Source: a virus. Taken from it: a DNA stretch of 64,000 nucleotides. Position 1 is the stretch's first letter. Each line of letters begins with the position of its first letter. The notes beneath the pieces are model-generated. The model did no database searches. It was not told the origin of the DNA and saw only the letters and a list, made by a program, of their open reading frames with translations. The DNA lies in the IMG/VR virus record IMGVR_UViG_3300048587_001155, positions 12,534 to 76,533 of that record; one strand, written 5' to 3'. Below are positions 28,734 to 38,049 of this stretch, one piece after another. The translations under genes and the position numbers were made by a program.

Positions 28734-30758
28734 TTACTGGCTGGCTCCGTTGACGTTGACCTCGAGGATGCGAATCGTTTCCGCCGCTCGGATCCCGTCC
28801 AACTCCACCTGGATAAAACGAACGCCTTCCGTGCGCGTCCCTCTGGCGTTGTCGAACCGAAGATACTCGAAGCCTGCCTCGTTTGTGAGATCCACCACTT
28901 TTGACGTCACTTCATGCTCATTCGTTTGGCCAATGACATCGACGAATTCGACAGGCTGCTCGGAGAAGTCCTCGTACAACGAAACATTGACTTCTTCCTC
29001 CCGTGCCGTGGGACTGAACGTAAGGTCGACCGACCGATATTCCGAAGTCTCTCCATCCGTCCATCGATATCGGCCGCTGATCCAATGCCAGCCGATCCCT
29101 CCGACAAGGAATTCGCTCGTCTGATCCGGAATGACGGTGAAGGGGCTTCGAAGATTGGCGGTCGTGCCGCTGGCAGACGCGATGATCGATCTCTGTCCTT
29201 TCCCTCGGCCACTCACGATTTCGATGGGGCAGCCATTCACGAGCGCGGGAAACGCATTATCGGCAACGAGCTTGAAACGCGTGGCCGAGATCACCTTACC
29301 AGACGTGCCGAGTTGACCGACGATGCCATCAATCGCGGTATTCGAAACCCCCCAAACGATATTGTTCTTCGAGCCGAGATAGACTTGGGGAGCTCCCTTC
29401 GTGGCCTCAGATCCCGATAGCATCGGAACGGGATATTCCTCGACCCACCAACGTTTGAGACGGTACTGATAACAGATCGCATGACGAGGGTACGGACCGC
29501 CGGCCATCGTCACGAACCAACGAATCGTCCCCTGATCGGAATAGTGGCGAGCGTGCCAGAATCGAGTATCCCGCCATTGGATGCGAAGTCCGCTCGATTG
29601 AGGACGAAACATCTCTTGAATCGGCTCGGAGATGGGATCGGACTTCTGACCCCCATCGAACGCGTGAATGCCGTTCCGGTCGAGCATGTACATGATCGAG
29701 TCATCGACGACGACCCAGCAACGGTTGTTGACACAGCCGCGGTACGTCGCGATATACAACGCGCCGTTCGAAGGGTCATTCTGAAAGCTGAATCGATTGA
29801 TAATCCGATCCTCGAGCACGTAGAGGAACGATCCCATCGAAGCGAGTCCGGTGATTTCACCCCCGGTGTCCGGTACCACGATGCCGTTAAAGATCGGCCA
29901 CGCCTCGAGGTAATCCGCCTCGCTCCACTGGACGCCACGGAGATAGGCCGGAGCGGACTTGATGGCGTACGGCGCGAACGACAGATTCGATCCCGCCCAG
30001 TTCGCGGTAAGCACTAGGGCGCGAGGGTTCGACACGCTCTGAATCGTCGCGACAGGTTGACCAGGAATGTAAATCTGACGCCCAGCCAATGAACTCGACC
30101 AATTCGTGCCGACTCCCTGCACGTTAGGTGAGCCGCTCGTCAGAACGAGATGACCAGCCGACACCGTCCGTTCCACCGCTCCGAACACCCGACCCAGATG
30201 CAGCGCCAGACACGCCTTATTCGATGGGGGAACAGTGAATCTGTTCCCGACGTTCTGATTGTCCCCGTCGACGATTGGCACGGCCGTCTGATTCGCGAGT
30301 GTCGAGTCCGCCACGTTATCGGTGTAAGTCGTCTGCGCCATGTTCGTCAGCTCGGCAACGACATAGAACACCGTCGCTTGTCCTGACGTGTTCCGCAGTA
30401 ATTGCTTTTTGACGACCTTCGGATCGGTCGGAACCGGGATTCCCGTCCAGTCGATTTGCTTCGCAGAGAGAGACGAAATCACATTCGATAGGGGAGAAAG
30501 GTTGCTGGGGTTCCCTTCGGCATCGAGGTAACGGACATACGCTGAGTAATTCGATCCGGAGATCAAGCCCGCCGCACCCGCCGCAATGGTCGGCGCGGAT
30601 CCCGGAGGAGCGACGCCGGCCGTTACACCCGTGGTCGACGTTCCGTCCCACCGCTGCATGGGGTTGATGCCGTTCGCAAGAAGCAACTTGTTATGGCCGG
30701 CGCGGACTATCGAATGGGGCTCATTCCCGATCAGCCCCGTGATGAGAGTGGTCGGCAT
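28734..30758 (-). CDS. Tail nozzle / tail tubular protein B-like (P22 gp10 / T7 gp12 position)
   Basis: 674 aa beta-rich; WSE...EAWP, GEITGL, RGC....W, G...FDG...PISE.I. Confidence 0.65.
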   Translation of the reverse strand: MPTTLITGLIGNEPHSIVRAGHNKLLLANGINPMQRWDGTSTTGVTAGVAPPGSAPTIAAGAAGLISGSNYSAYVRYLDAEGNPSNLSPLSNVISSLSAKQIDWTGIPVPTDPKVVKKQLLRNTSGQATVFYVVAELTNMAQTTYTDNVADSTLANQTAVPIVDGDNQNVGNRFTVPPSNKACLALHLGRVFGAVERTVSAGHLVLTSGSPNVQGVGTNWSSSLAGRQIYIPGQPVATIQSVSNPRALVLTANWAGSNLSFAPYAIKSAPAYLRGVQWSEADYLEAWPIFNGIVVPDTGGEITGLASMGSFLYVLEDRIINRFSFQNDPSNGALYIATYRGCVNNRCWVVVDDSIMYMLDRNGIHAFDGGQKSDPISEPIQEMFRPQSSGLRIQWRDTRFWHARHYSDQGTIRWFVTMAGGPYPRHAICYQYRLKRWWVEEYPVPMLSGSEATKGAPQVYLGSKNNIVWGVSNTAIDGIVGQLGTSGKVISATRFKLVADNAFPALVNGCPIEIVSGRGKGQRSIIASASGTTANLRSPFTVIPDQTSEFLVGGIGWHWISGRYRWTDGETSEYRSVDLTFSPTAREEEVNVSLYEDFSEQPVEFVDVIGQTNEHEVTSKVVDLTNEAGFEYLRFDNARGTRTEGVRFIQVELDGIRAAETIRILEVNVNGASQ

Positions 30759-30767
30759 GATCTTCTC

Positions 30768-31190
30768 CTACGTCAAAGCGGGATTGCGGCCCTGCCAGAT
30801 TTCACCGTTCTCATTCGAGTTCACGAGATAGGCCGCCTCGGGACGATTCCAGTAGTACTGCGAATGGACGCCACCGCCGGATACGCCGCCGGGAATGAGG
30901 CGAAAAACTTGGACGTAGTCGCGGTAAAAGTTTGAACTCATCTTCGCCTGAGCCCACAGCGTGTAGCGGCCGGGCGTCGAGAAGAATGTCGTGATCCGAA
31001 GGGCTACCGCGAACGAACCGGTAATGTCGGTATCGAGGAGGGGAGCATTGTCGGAATAGATCAACTGGCCCGCCGGATTGAAGATCTTGTATCGCACCTG
31101 CTCGATAGGCATGGCGGGGACATCGTTCGCATCCATGAACACGAACCGGAAGGCAACGATATCTCCCTGCTGATAACGTCCACGAAACAT
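30768..31190 (-). CDS. Virion structural protein (Ig/BppU-N-like)
   Basis: N-terminus similar to the adjacent 31200-31724 protein (DAN..P ... K.....G). Confidence 0.5.
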   Translation of the reverse strand: MFRGRYQQGDIVAFRFVFMDANDVPAMPIEQVRYKIFNPAGQLIYSDNAPLLDTDITGSFAVALRITTFFSTPGRYTLWAQAKMSSNFYRDYVQVFRLIPGGVSGGGVHSQYYWNRPEAAYLVNSNENGEIWQGRNPALT

Positions 31191-31199
31191 CGTTGACCC

Positions 31200-31724
31200 T
31201 CACACCACGTTGAACGTGTCGATGCGGGCCTTCGCGGCAGACGACACGAGATAAGACGCATAGGCCGTATACACGATGCCAGCCTCGTAACCATTACCGG
31301 TCGTTGCGTCGATCTGGACCTTGTAGAAGCCTGATGTGTGCCATGAGCCCCCCGTGCCCGCTGCCCCGTTGTTACCCGTCAGATTGATCGTGAACGAGTT
31401 ACCGTTGACGACCGAGACCACGTTGAAGCTTGAATTCACAGAGAGAGCATGGCCGACGACACCCGTGATCGTGACCCGCTGTCCCGCTTGAAGCCCGTGC
31501 GCCGTCGATGTAACGACGCAGTTCGTTCCATTCGGATTGCTCACCGACGTGATGGCAACGGACTCGGCGAAGGTAGGGGTAAGGGGTCCCTGGACTAGCC
31601 CATTGCCGTCATAGACCTTGACGGACGGAGTCGCATCAGCATCGATCGGAGTTCCGTTGGCGTCGACCACTTGAAAGAACGCATACAGCGTTTCGCTGAG
31701 CTGTACATCTCCGTAGTACGGCAT
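31200..31724 (-). CDS. Virion structural protein with E1-FCCH-like insertion
   Basis: IT.VS.....VVTS.AHGL..GQRV.I.GV.G...N..F.V signature. Confidence 0.6.
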   Translation of the reverse strand: MPYYGDVQLSETLYAFFQVVDANGTPIDADATPSVKVYDGNGLVQGPLTPTFAESVAITSVSNPNGTNCVVTSTAHGLQAGQRVTITGVVGHALSVNSSFNVVSVVNGNSFTINLTGNNGAAGTGGSWHTSGFYKVQIDATTGNGYEAGIVYTAYASYLVSSAAKARIDTFNVV

Positions 31725-31733
31725 GGACCTCTC

Positions 31734-31919
31734 CTAGCTGATATCCGATTCGAAGATGACTTTGACATATCCAGGACGGACTGTTATTTGGCCCGGATTC
31801 ATGGACATGACATTGACCTGTTCGGTCGCAACGCCCGGCGGATTATCACACTGGTCGTTGTTGTTGGTCATTCCCGGGAAGTCCCGCATCTGGACCTGGG
31901 TTTTGGGTTGCTCCGACAA
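31734..31919 (-). CDS. Small protein resembling the N-terminus of tail nozzle proteins
   Basis: DFPGM....D....PG.A..Q.N.....G....RPG; TTG start after SD GGAG. Confidence 0.5.
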   Translation of the reverse strand: MSEQPKTQVQMRDFPGMTNNNDQCDNPPGVATEQVNVMSMNPGQITVRPGYVKVIFESDIS

Positions 31920-32088
31920 GTGCTTGCTCCACCGACATAAAGACGAGTGACGCCCCTTGAACGAAGGCTGTCATTTCCGCAACCGTCATCTGGGCAACCG
32001 ATTGCTGGCCGACCGCCCGACGAACCAAAGCCAGAAACGACGGAATCTGATCCCTCGTCAGAATCACCTTACCCTCGGGCTGTTCCAT
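31846..32088 (-). CDS. Small hypothetical protein
   Basis: SD AAGGA; in the late operon. Confidence 0.55.
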   Translation of the reverse strand: MEQPEGKVILTRDQIPSFLALVRRAVGQQSVAQMTVAEMTAFVQGASLVFMSVEQALVGATQNPGPDAGLPGNDQQQRPV

Positions 32089-32100
32089 TTCATGGTCCTT

Positions 32101-33249
32101 CTAACCGTCGAAAGCTGTCGAACCGATCTTCAGCCGGCGGAATCCGGTTTGACGGAATCCGACCTGCCGTTGTTGCTTACTCCTCGAGTCTGAGCTTTTC
32201 GCCCGTATGAGTTCGTTGCCATAGTCCTGATCGGCGAGTTGACGTGTCGGACCGTCCATCTTCCGGTCGATCGCCAACCGCCGGCAAATACCTCGGTGAA
32301 TGAGACTCGTCATCGTCGTCTGCTCGATGTCGATCGGGTCCGAAATGCAAAGCGTCCGATTGGCGACCGTCTCCGCGGCTAGCGTGTCCACCGTGAGCGT
32401 GAAAGCGTCGGCCACACTGATGATCTTCGCCTCGAAGACATTGGGATATTCCTCGCTCGTCGAACCCGCGAAGTTCTTACTGTCTTGGCCGATCCGAAGA
32501 ATCGCCCCGACATGCTTCGATGAAAAGGCCGTTCCCGTCCCCGTGACCGTCGCGGATCCGGCCGTCATCGCCACCGTCCCGGTCGTCTCCTTGTAGAGAG
32601 TCGGCTTCTTCGGAGATCGCTTGTAAAGGTAAGGGAACTCCTCCTCGGAATCAGGAACCGGAGCGAAGCGAATGGCCATGCGCCCTGGGGTATTGGGTGA
32701 ACCGTAAATGGAGAAGCTATCAGGTGTGGCCGCCGATCGCCAAGTCTGACGAAGCTCGAAAAGAGCCTGCGGGGACTTCATCTCGAGCGGTTGCCACGTA
32801 TCCAATCGAACGATGTTTTGCAGCACGGAGAAGTCGGACGGCAGATCATAAATGTCCTGATAGATACCGAAGGCCGAGGGAGCGGAAATGTCCGCCGGTG
32901 GACCATCCTTCATGACGATTACGCTATTGGATGTACGAGACTCCACGTCGTACCAGCGGTCTCCGATCAATACGACACCGTTCGCCGCCCATGTCGGCCA
33001 CGTGCCCCCACTGAGCGTCATCGTCCGAGTCGATGCGACATAAGTGATCGTCCCCGTGTAATAAGGGGCCTTCGTCACAATCGTCGCGTCATTCTGAAGA
33101 AACGACCAATCATGCTCAGCGAGCGTCTCTCGCAGGACACTTTCAATCGCCAATTTGGTGAAGCGGAGGGCTTCCGCCGTGGCGCGATCGTAGGCCCCGA
33201 GATACTCGAGGCCGAAACGGACCAAATCCGCATAGGTCAACCATGCCAC
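32101..33249 (-). CDS. Head-tail adaptor (tail tubular protein A-like) with inserted beta domains
   Basis: LTY.DL, HDWSFL, Y.LPSDF and F.P.PD motifs typical of adaptors. Confidence 0.7.
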   Translation of the reverse strand: MAWLTYADLVRFGLEYLGAYDRATAEALRFTKLAIESVLRETLAEHDWSFLQNDATIVTKAPYYTGTITYVASTRTMTLSGGTWPTWAANGVVLIGDRWYDVESRTSNSVIVMKDGPPADISAPSAFGIYQDIYDLPSDFSVLQNIVRLDTWQPLEMKSPQALFELRQTWRSAATPDSFSIYGSPNTPGRMAIRFAPVPDSEEEFPYLYKRSPKKPTLYKETTGTVAMTAGSATVTGTGTAFSSKHVGAILRIGQDSKNFAGSTSEEYPNVFEAKIISVADAFTLTVDTLAAETVANRTLCISDPIDIEQTTMTSLIHRGICRRLAIDRKMDGPTRQLADQDYGNELIRAKSSDSRSKQQRQVGFRQTGFRRLKIGSTAFDG

Positions 33250-33261
33250 GGCAGGAACTCC

Positions 33262-34059
33262 TTACTTGGTGCGAAGGATCAGCAATTGCTCATTCGGCCG
33301 ATCGACCGCCTTCATGTATTGCTTGGCCACGTCGCTCACCGTGAGGTTCATCGGCTTGACGACCGCCGCTTCCTTGTAATGAACCGCCCATGAATCCCAC
33401 GTGCAGAAACAGGGGCATCCGATCAAGGACGCGTTTCGGCTGAACACGACATCCTCGGTCGACGCTTTGTGTGTCTCGAACTTATCGGTCCATTCGTAGC
33501 TGAACCACGGCGGAGGAAGCTGGACGGGTTGCCCTTGGGGATTCTGGAAACCGGTGAAAAGCCGCATGTCGATGGCCATGAGACCAGTCGGAAGCGCGGC
33601 TACCTCTTCAATCCCTGCGCGTCTCGCCGCGTCCAGCCGATCGAACATCGTGAGATGGAAATCTTCTCCGCAGTGCATTCCTGGATTCTGCCGATTCTTC
33701 CACGCGAAGACATAGACGCAGCTTTCGGGGGGAGGTCCGCAATAAGGTGCGGCGATGATGGCGGGGCTCGATCGACGGAATAGGAAATCCATCGCCTCGT
33801 TCCAGAACGGTTTCTGCCCGGGCATGATCCCCATGTCGGAATCGATCATGAACAGGTAATCGACACCTAGTCCGATCGCGTCCTTGATCGCCCGATTTCG
33901 GCTCATCGTGATCGGCGTATCGGCCATCTTCCAAAAAAGGGTTTCACCGATCCTCGGGTCCCGCTCCGCCCGCCGAACGAGATCCAAGTAAAGGTCCGTG
34001 CTTTCCGGATGCTCTTGGTTGTTGCCGGGAAACCGGCAGATCATCACTTTTGCTTTCAT
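33262..34059 (-). CDS. GT-A fold (family 2-like) glycosyltransferase
   Basis: I..SRN.AI, DYLFMIDSD (DxD), PTGLM.I....F, PWF, TEDV.F, H. Confidence 0.82.
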   Translation of the reverse strand: MKAKVMICRFPGNNQEHPESTDLYLDLVRRAERDPRIGETLFWKMADTPITMSRNRAIKDAIGLGVDYLFMIDSDMGIMPGQKPFWNEAMDFLFRRSSPAIIAAPYCGPPPESCVYVFAWKNRQNPGMHCGEDFHLTMFDRLDAARRAGIEEVAALPTGLMAIDMRLFTGFQNPQGQPVQLPPPWFSYEWTDKFETHKASTEDVVFSRNASLIGCPCFCTWDSWAVHYKEAAVVKPMNLTVSDVAKQYMKAVDRPNEQLLILRTK

Positions 34060-34133
34060 TGCTGCCCTTTACACGAGAGGGAACTTGATCCGCCGCATCC
34101 TGACGGATCAAGCAAACGTTCCGCAAGCGGGCG

Positions 34134-34418
34134 TTACGAACTGAGCTCGGTGTAAATATCGTTCGCCGCCCTGATATCGCACAGTGCGACCGTCAACCGA
34201 TGCTTGAGATAACCGAGCACCGTGATTCCGAGCCCAAGGCCGACGATCGTGCAGAAATCACTCGCCGCCTTCCGATCCCCGAAGAAGTTCTCGATGACTT
34301 TCTGTGTTCTCAAAGAGAGCGTCGCCGGCGAGTCGATCTTGTCCGCCAGCTCCTTTCCCGCCGCGTTATCCCCCAATGCGATCGTGATGACCTGACGCGT
34401 TCTAGTGGATAGTGCCAT
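34134..34418 (-). CDS. Small hypothetical structural protein with internal repeat
   Basis: Repeated LS.RT..VI....GD..A..E/D. Confidence 0.6.
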   Translation of the reverse strand: MALSTRTRQVITIALGDNAAGKELADKIDSPATLSLRTQKVIENFFGDRKAASDFCTIVGLGLGITVLGYLKHRLTVALCDIRAANDIYTELSS

Positions 34419-34432
34419 GATCCTCATCTCCT

Positions 34433-34472
34433 AAAGAGAAAGCCCGTCACTCCCGAGGGAGAGACAGGCTTT
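34433..34472 (-). terminator. Rho-independent terminator after the capsid genes
   Basis: Minus strand AAAGCCTGTCTCTCCC-TC-GGGAGTGACGGGCTTT followed by CTCTTT. Confidence 0.7.
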
Positions 34473-34505
34473 GATTCATTCCTCGGTATCCTGATCACAC
34501 CACGA

Positions 34506-35120
34506 TCAGAACGGGTAATGAACGAGACCCAACTTTTCCGCATTCGTGTTCGCCGTGGTCGACGCGGAGAGCGCCGTGACAACCCAGTTATTGACGATGT
34601 TGGAAAAGCTGCCGGCCGACGCCACGTCGGTCGGAGCAACAACCGTCGGCTTGCCGAGTCGTCCGGAAGTGGTCGACGACGTGCTCGCCGCCGCTGTGAC
34701 GGCGCTGAGTTTATCTCCGATCGCATAGAAGTTGTTGGCGCTCGCGGCGGGATCGTTCACGAAGAGGGTCGGACCTTCGATTGTGATGAAGAACCACTCT
34801 CCGTCCGCTACCGACGTCGAAATGAATTCGTCGACGATACCCGCGACGACTTCGTTCGTGACGTTCGCGTAGCCGTCCACTTCCGTCATGTTCGAGCCAG
34901 ATTTGAACTTGACGGCTCGCTTCGGCAACAGAACCTGCCCCGATACGTTGCGAACCAATCGAACGCGCTTCTTCAGGTCGGTAGCCGCTCGGCCACCTTC
35001 CGGAATGAATTTGTTGTCGTCCGTGATCATGTACTCACGGCCGGCACTCAACGCGAAATCTTGATTCGCGTTGTACGGCTGGGTCGTACCCAGCGAGAAC
35101 GGTAATTCATCAGACCGCAT
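34506..35120 (-). CDS. Capsid decoration / cement protein (putative)
   Basis: Immediately after the capsid gene; VAG.VD, V.DGEWF...EGP. Confidence 0.55.
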   Translation of the reverse strand: MRSDELPFSLGTTQPYNANQDFALSAGREYMITDDNKFIPEGGRAATDLKKRVRLVRNVSGQVLLPKRAVKFKSGSNMTEVDGYANVTNEVVAGIVDEFISTSVADGEWFFITIEGPTLFVNDPAASANNFYAIGDKLSAVTAAASTSSTTSGRLGKPTVVAPTDVASAGSFSNIVNNWVVTALSASTTANTNAEKLGLVHYPF

Positions 35121-35178
35121 GACTCTTTCCTCTCAACGTTCGTGACTGAGTGAAGGACACCAACGGAAGAACGCCGGA

Positions 35179-36276
35179 CTAGCTGATCTTCTCGATCTTC
35201 GCCTGAGTCCGCGGACGACGAACTTGCAAGTTGCCCATGAAGTCGGCCACGATCGCGCCCGTTCGTTTGATCGCGCTGATCGGCTCGGCTTCGGCGTTGA
35301 ACAGCTGCCCTTGCATCGACAAGAGAGCCAACGTTCCGAAGTTGATGCCGAACCCGACGCCCGTTGGGACAGCAACGCCAGGCTGAGGCACGACGCTCGG
35401 TAGAACATCAACACCATCCATGTTGATGGCATCCTTGAACCCGAGCTGATAGACGTCCGAGTTCTTGTCGCTGACCACGATGCGCTCCTTCGCGCGCATC
35501 GCATTCTTGAAGTCGTCGAACATCTGCAAGTCGAGCAACACGAGATCGATTCGTTCCTCCTTCGATTCGTGCCGCATCTGGACACTCATGAGGTAGCTGA
35601 GAACCTCGAGGCAGTTATTCGCCCACGCGTTCCCATTCTTCCAGAAGACCGACGTGTAATTCAGGATGATGGGAGTCCAGAAGTCATACTCCTCTGTTCC
35701 CCACCCGCCGAGCGGCCACAAAGCGGCATCACTCCACGAGCCGCCATACGCCTGCCGCGCAAGGTTGATATTGGCATAGCTTCCGTTATTATCCGCCACG
35801 AGCGAATTCACAGTGGCCGTGCCAGCATGCTTAAAGATGGAGTTGTAACCGGTGATTCTCTGGGTGTTGCCCACAGCGTCGCCGTTGTACATCAGCTGTC
35901 GACCGAAATCGACCTTCAGATCTTCGATCAAGCTCTCGGTGTTATTGGCGAGCAGTGCCGTCAACGATTCCGGCGATCGATTCGCCAACGCATCGAGCTT
36001 GGTGTACAGATCGGAGATCACGTACGCCTTGTAATCGAGCTTCGCCCGACGGTGAAGCTGCGTACGGCTCAGGGTGACTTCTTCGGTGTCCGCGATCGGC
36101 GCACCCTTTCGACGACGGAACCGGACCGGCCAATCGAAGTCGGTACCGGCACAGTTGTACCGGATCCGTCCTCGCTTATAGAGCATCGCCGGAAACACCT
36201 GATTGGACATAATCGCCGGCTCGGCCCCTTTCAGGTGCTTCGTGATGACCGTCGCCGCTTGTTCAGCCCATGCCAC
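35179..36276 (-). CDS. Major capsid protein
   Basis: 365 aa after the scaffold gene; LMYNGD, ITG, GF......G C-terminal pattern. Confidence 0.75.
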   Translation of the reverse strand: MAWAEQAATVITKHLKGAEPAIMSNQVFPAMLYKRGRIRYNCAGTDFDWPVRFRRRKGAPIADTEEVTLSRTQLHRRAKLDYKAYVISDLYTKLDALANRSPESLTALLANNTESLIEDLKVDFGRQLMYNGDAVGNTQRITGYNSIFKHAGTATVNSLVADNNGSYANINLARQAYGGSWSDAALWPLGGWGTEEYDFWTPIILNYTSVFWKNGNAWANNCLEVLSYLMSVQMRHESKEERIDLVLLDLQMFDDFKNAMRAKERIVVSDKNSDVYQLGFKDAINMDGVDVLPSVVPQPGVAVPTGVGFGINFGTLALLSMQGQLFNAEAEPISAIKRTGAIVADFMGNLQVRRPRTQAKIEKIS

Positions 36277-36339
36277 GTTGAGACCCCTTCAGTTGTGGGA
36301 CTTATGTCCCCGTTAAACTCGAACAACGATCAACACGAA

Positions 36340-37563
36340 TCAGTTGACACCCACCATCGCCCGGGCCAATTTCTCCCGAATATCGACGCTCGGATCGGCG
36401 AAGAAATCCTCCGCCGGAGAAGCTGCTGATGGGCTCGACACACTAGGGTTCCGGTGAGCCGTGCGTCGAAGCGCCTGCCGCTGTCGATCGCCTGGCGTCT
36501 GCTGAGGGGCTTGAGGCTGCGGGATGAATTGATGCTGTCCATTGACCGACGGCGCGCCGTTCGTGAACAGCGTCGGGTTACTCGACAGAATCTCGACGGC
36601 CAGTTGATTCGATGCAAATCTGGCTCGCTCCATCGGAGTCAGACTTTGCGGCATGCTGTCGAGATGCTGCAGATACCGATAACCGAGGGGAGTCGGTTGA
36701 TTGAGATTCAGGCCATAAGGACCTTGCTGAAAGAGCATCTGGCCGAACGATTGCATCACGTAATCGTTCGCCTGATTCAAGTTCGCCTGATATTCCTGCT
36801 GACGCTGCTGCTGCGCCTGATACTGCTGGAATTGGCTCATCGCCTGTTGCACGGCTTCCGACACGATCGGCTTCATCGCCTCTTCAGGCCGTTCATACAG
36901 GTTGCGAAGGAACTCCTCGCGGCTTTGCGACCATTGCATGGCCTGCTGAACCGTTTCCGGCGCAACCGGCAGTCCGGTCGACTTACTGACGTATCGCTTC
37001 TCGCCTTTCTCACCGTCGATCACGGAGATATCAGCGTACTCGGGGCGCCATTGAGGGCGGGACGGCTGCTGTGGCGCCGGAGCCGCAGGAGGAGCCTGCG
37101 ACTGCTGTTGCTGGATCTGCCGAGCCCAATCTTGCATCGCTTCCAGTCGACGAGCGGCTTCGGCTGCCTGCTGCTGCGCCTGAAAAGACTGGGTCAGCAA
37201 ATCGTTGAGCGCCGTTTGGTCGTCCGGGTAATGGTGAACCGGCATTCCATACGACTGCAGGATCTCGCGAACAGACGCTCGACCCGCAGGGGACGCGGGG
37301 GGAGAATCGACTCCCCCCCCAGCGTCCACCTGCCCCTCGCTGCCGGAAGGCGCGTTGTTCGGATATGGTTGCTGTTGTTGCTGGCCGAAGGGAGCTTGGG
37401 CCGGGTCCATGTGGACGTCGGCTACGGGGGCATCCGGCGCTTCGTTAATCGTCGAACGAAGTTCTGAGGTTAAATCACTCAATGAGGCACTGTCGGTCGA
37501 CGTATCCGGTCCGGTACCGGGTAAAGCATCGTCTCCACCGACATTTTCGAATTCATCTGCCAT
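36340..37563 (-). CDS. Capsid scaffolding protein (putative)
   Basis: Acidic, Q/P-rich coiled-coil protein between portal and capsid genes. Confidence 0.65.
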   Translation of the reverse strand: MADEFENVGGDDALPGTGPDTSTDSASLSDLTSELRSTINEAPDAPVADVHMDPAQAPFGQQQQQPYPNNAPSGSEGQVDAGGGVDSPPASPAGRASVREILQSYGMPVHHYPDDQTALNDLLTQSFQAQQQAAEAARRLEAMQDWARQIQQQQSQAPPAAPAPQQPSRPQWRPEYADISVIDGEKGEKRYVSKSTGLPVAPETVQQAMQWSQSREEFLRNLYERPEEAMKPIVSEAVQQAMSQFQQYQAQQQRQQEYQANLNQANDYVMQSFGQMLFQQGPYGLNLNQPTPLGYRYLQHLDSMPQSLTPMERARFASNQLAVEILSSNPTLFTNGAPSVNGQHQFIPQPQAPQQTPGDRQRQALRRTAHRNPSVSSPSAASPAEDFFADPSVDIREKLARAMVGVN

Positions 37564-37614
37564 CTGCTTTCCTTCCGAATCGAGCTTCCGGCACGAGAGG
37601 AAGGAACAGAACTC

Positions 37615-38049
37615 TTACTTCACATGAGGGCTTCCGTACTTCTCTGTCACCATTTCGACAAGCTCTTGTCGAGGTAGAGAAGCTTTCGACGGGTCCATTC
37701 GTAGCTCATCAGAAATTGATTCGTCAATTAGATCCACTGCGAGCTTGACAGGCGGGGTCGGTTCTTTCTCCTCCGATCGGTGCTCGACAACCCCCTCGCA
37801 TTCAAGGTTTCTCTCTTCGCAGATTCGCTTGATGTGCCCCCGGTAATCGCTGGTATCGATATGGCAACCAAGCTGCTGCGAAAAGACCGTCGGCGTGTCG
37901 ATTCCACGTGTAATCGTGGCGTTTGTCTTGATCGTCGGATAATCCTTATGGGCGTGCATATGGGCGAGCCAAGGATCAAAGCCGTCAGCAACCATGCGGT
38001 CGAATTCCGCCTTTATCTCAGGCGTCCGGAAGCTGAATTCCTTGCTCAA
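37615..38049 (-). CDS. Hypothetical phage protein
   Basis: Overlaps the portal stop codon; 144 aa. Confidence 0.6.
   Translation of the reverse strand: MSKEFSFRTPEIKAEFDRMVADGFDPWLAHMHAHKDYPTIKTNATITRGIDTPTVFSQQLGCHIDTSDYRGHIKRICEERNLECEGVVEHRSEEKEPTPPVKLAVDLIDESISDELRMDPSKASLPRQELVEMVTEKYGSPHVK

Noticed and set aside
35569-37467. Long + strand ORFs (286 and 337 aa) and similar antisense ORFs across 18-50 kb
   Set aside because: Shadow frames of GC-rich minus-strand phage genes; Arg/Leu-rich with no motifs
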